64,000 bases of DNA, taken from Chrysemys picta bellii (lineage: Eukaryota). Made by a program: the position numbers and the translations under genes. The notes below the pieces were generated by a model. The model did no database searches. It saw only the letters and a list, made by a program, of their open reading frames with translations, and was not told where the DNA came from. The DNA is taken from positions 144,336,001-144,400,000 of the forward strand of contig NC_088793.1 in the NCBI RefSeq assembly GCF_011386835.1, in the 5' to 3' direction. This document shows positions 63,102 through 64,000 of the stretch, piece by piece (position 1 is the first letter of the stretch; the number at the start of each line of letters is the position of its first letter).

Positions 63102-64000
63102 TTAAAATGAGGCCTGTGACTTTTGGCATTTTTCCTTTATATATCTGTGGTGAGCTGTGATATCTGCTAATGATTGTGCATAATTCTTAGCTACAGCTAG
63201 TCTGTACTAAAAACCCACTATTGTTTTTGTTACCCCATCTTACCTTACCGTCCACCTGTTATGTATTGTCTGTTAGACTATAAGCTCTTTGGAGCAGGAA
63301 GTGTCACTTATTATACATGTATACAGTGGCTAATGCAATGCTGTCATGACTTAATTGAGGTCATTAGTCACTACCACAATATCAATGTAAAATAATAATA
63401 ATGTGATATTTGCTTTCCTTCCCCCTCTAATTAGACGGTGTATAACTTACTATGAAAGACCACTCACTCAAATTAGGATGTACAATGATCCAAGTACTTC
63501 AATGTTGGAAGGAACCACTTTCACATACATGATTATTGTTTCTGTTTTAGTTTAAAACATCTACAGGTTGTGCCTAATCTACCCAAAAATGTCTCTTTAA
63601 ATCATTTAGTGAGAAAGTAGGGATGGAAAAGTCTTTAGATGAGATAATACATTATTCATTGGCCATTACCCCTTACGATTTAGCCAATGCAGGACTGTGC
63701 ACTACAGCACATTTAAGAACTTGTGTATCCATGTTCTGTGGCCATATGTTGTATACATGACTTGGCTCATTAGGGTTTGTTTCATGTGGTATGTGGGACT
63801 TTTTCATAATTCTATATTTCAATATATTGGTCCTAGCTAACTTAATAATAGTATCTTAAAACAGGAAATTGATAAAGAAAGCCAATTTTGCTATATTACA
63901 GCATTAGCATACCAGGTATTACTATTTCCTTTAATAGTTCAATAAAAAATATTGTTATTAATGATGAATAGCATTTGCATAGCACTTTACACAAACAATA

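Noticed and set aside
1-64000. CRISPR arrays, operons, tRNA or rRNA genes
   Set aside because: None seen. The sequence is eukaryotic intron and intergenic DNA, and tRNA-like heads belong to degraded SINEs.

Overview
Vertebrate genomic DNA, most likely turtle (inferred from the mix of DIRS, Penelope, CR1, hAT and Harbinger repeats). The + strand carries the 3' half of FEZ2 as five coding exons with canonical GT-AG sites: 4913-5181, an 81-nt cassette exon at 12513-12593, 23142-23217, 27999-28064 and 38135-38151, ending ...YILKVLCPT*. A 3' UTR follows, then about 25 kb with no recognisable coding gene. The rest is mostly transposon-derived: four degraded DIRS (tyrosine-recombinase) elements, five Penelope-like insertions, two ~1 kb solo LTRs, CR1/L2/SINE relics and many hAT and Harbinger MITEs with TIRs and TSDs. 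Highlights: (1) six minimal hammerhead-ribozyme motifs in Penelope pseudo-LTRs, whose stems covary between two families; (2) a 208-bp local duplication fused to a Penelope end; (3) a Penelope insertion with an inverted 12-bp target duplication; (4) a palindromic hAT made of two transposase 3' ends; (5) a heavily eroded retrovirus-like pol; (6) a TGCATG (RBFOX) cluster after the FEZ2 cassette exon. Everything was read by eye; family names are pattern-level assignments, not database hits.
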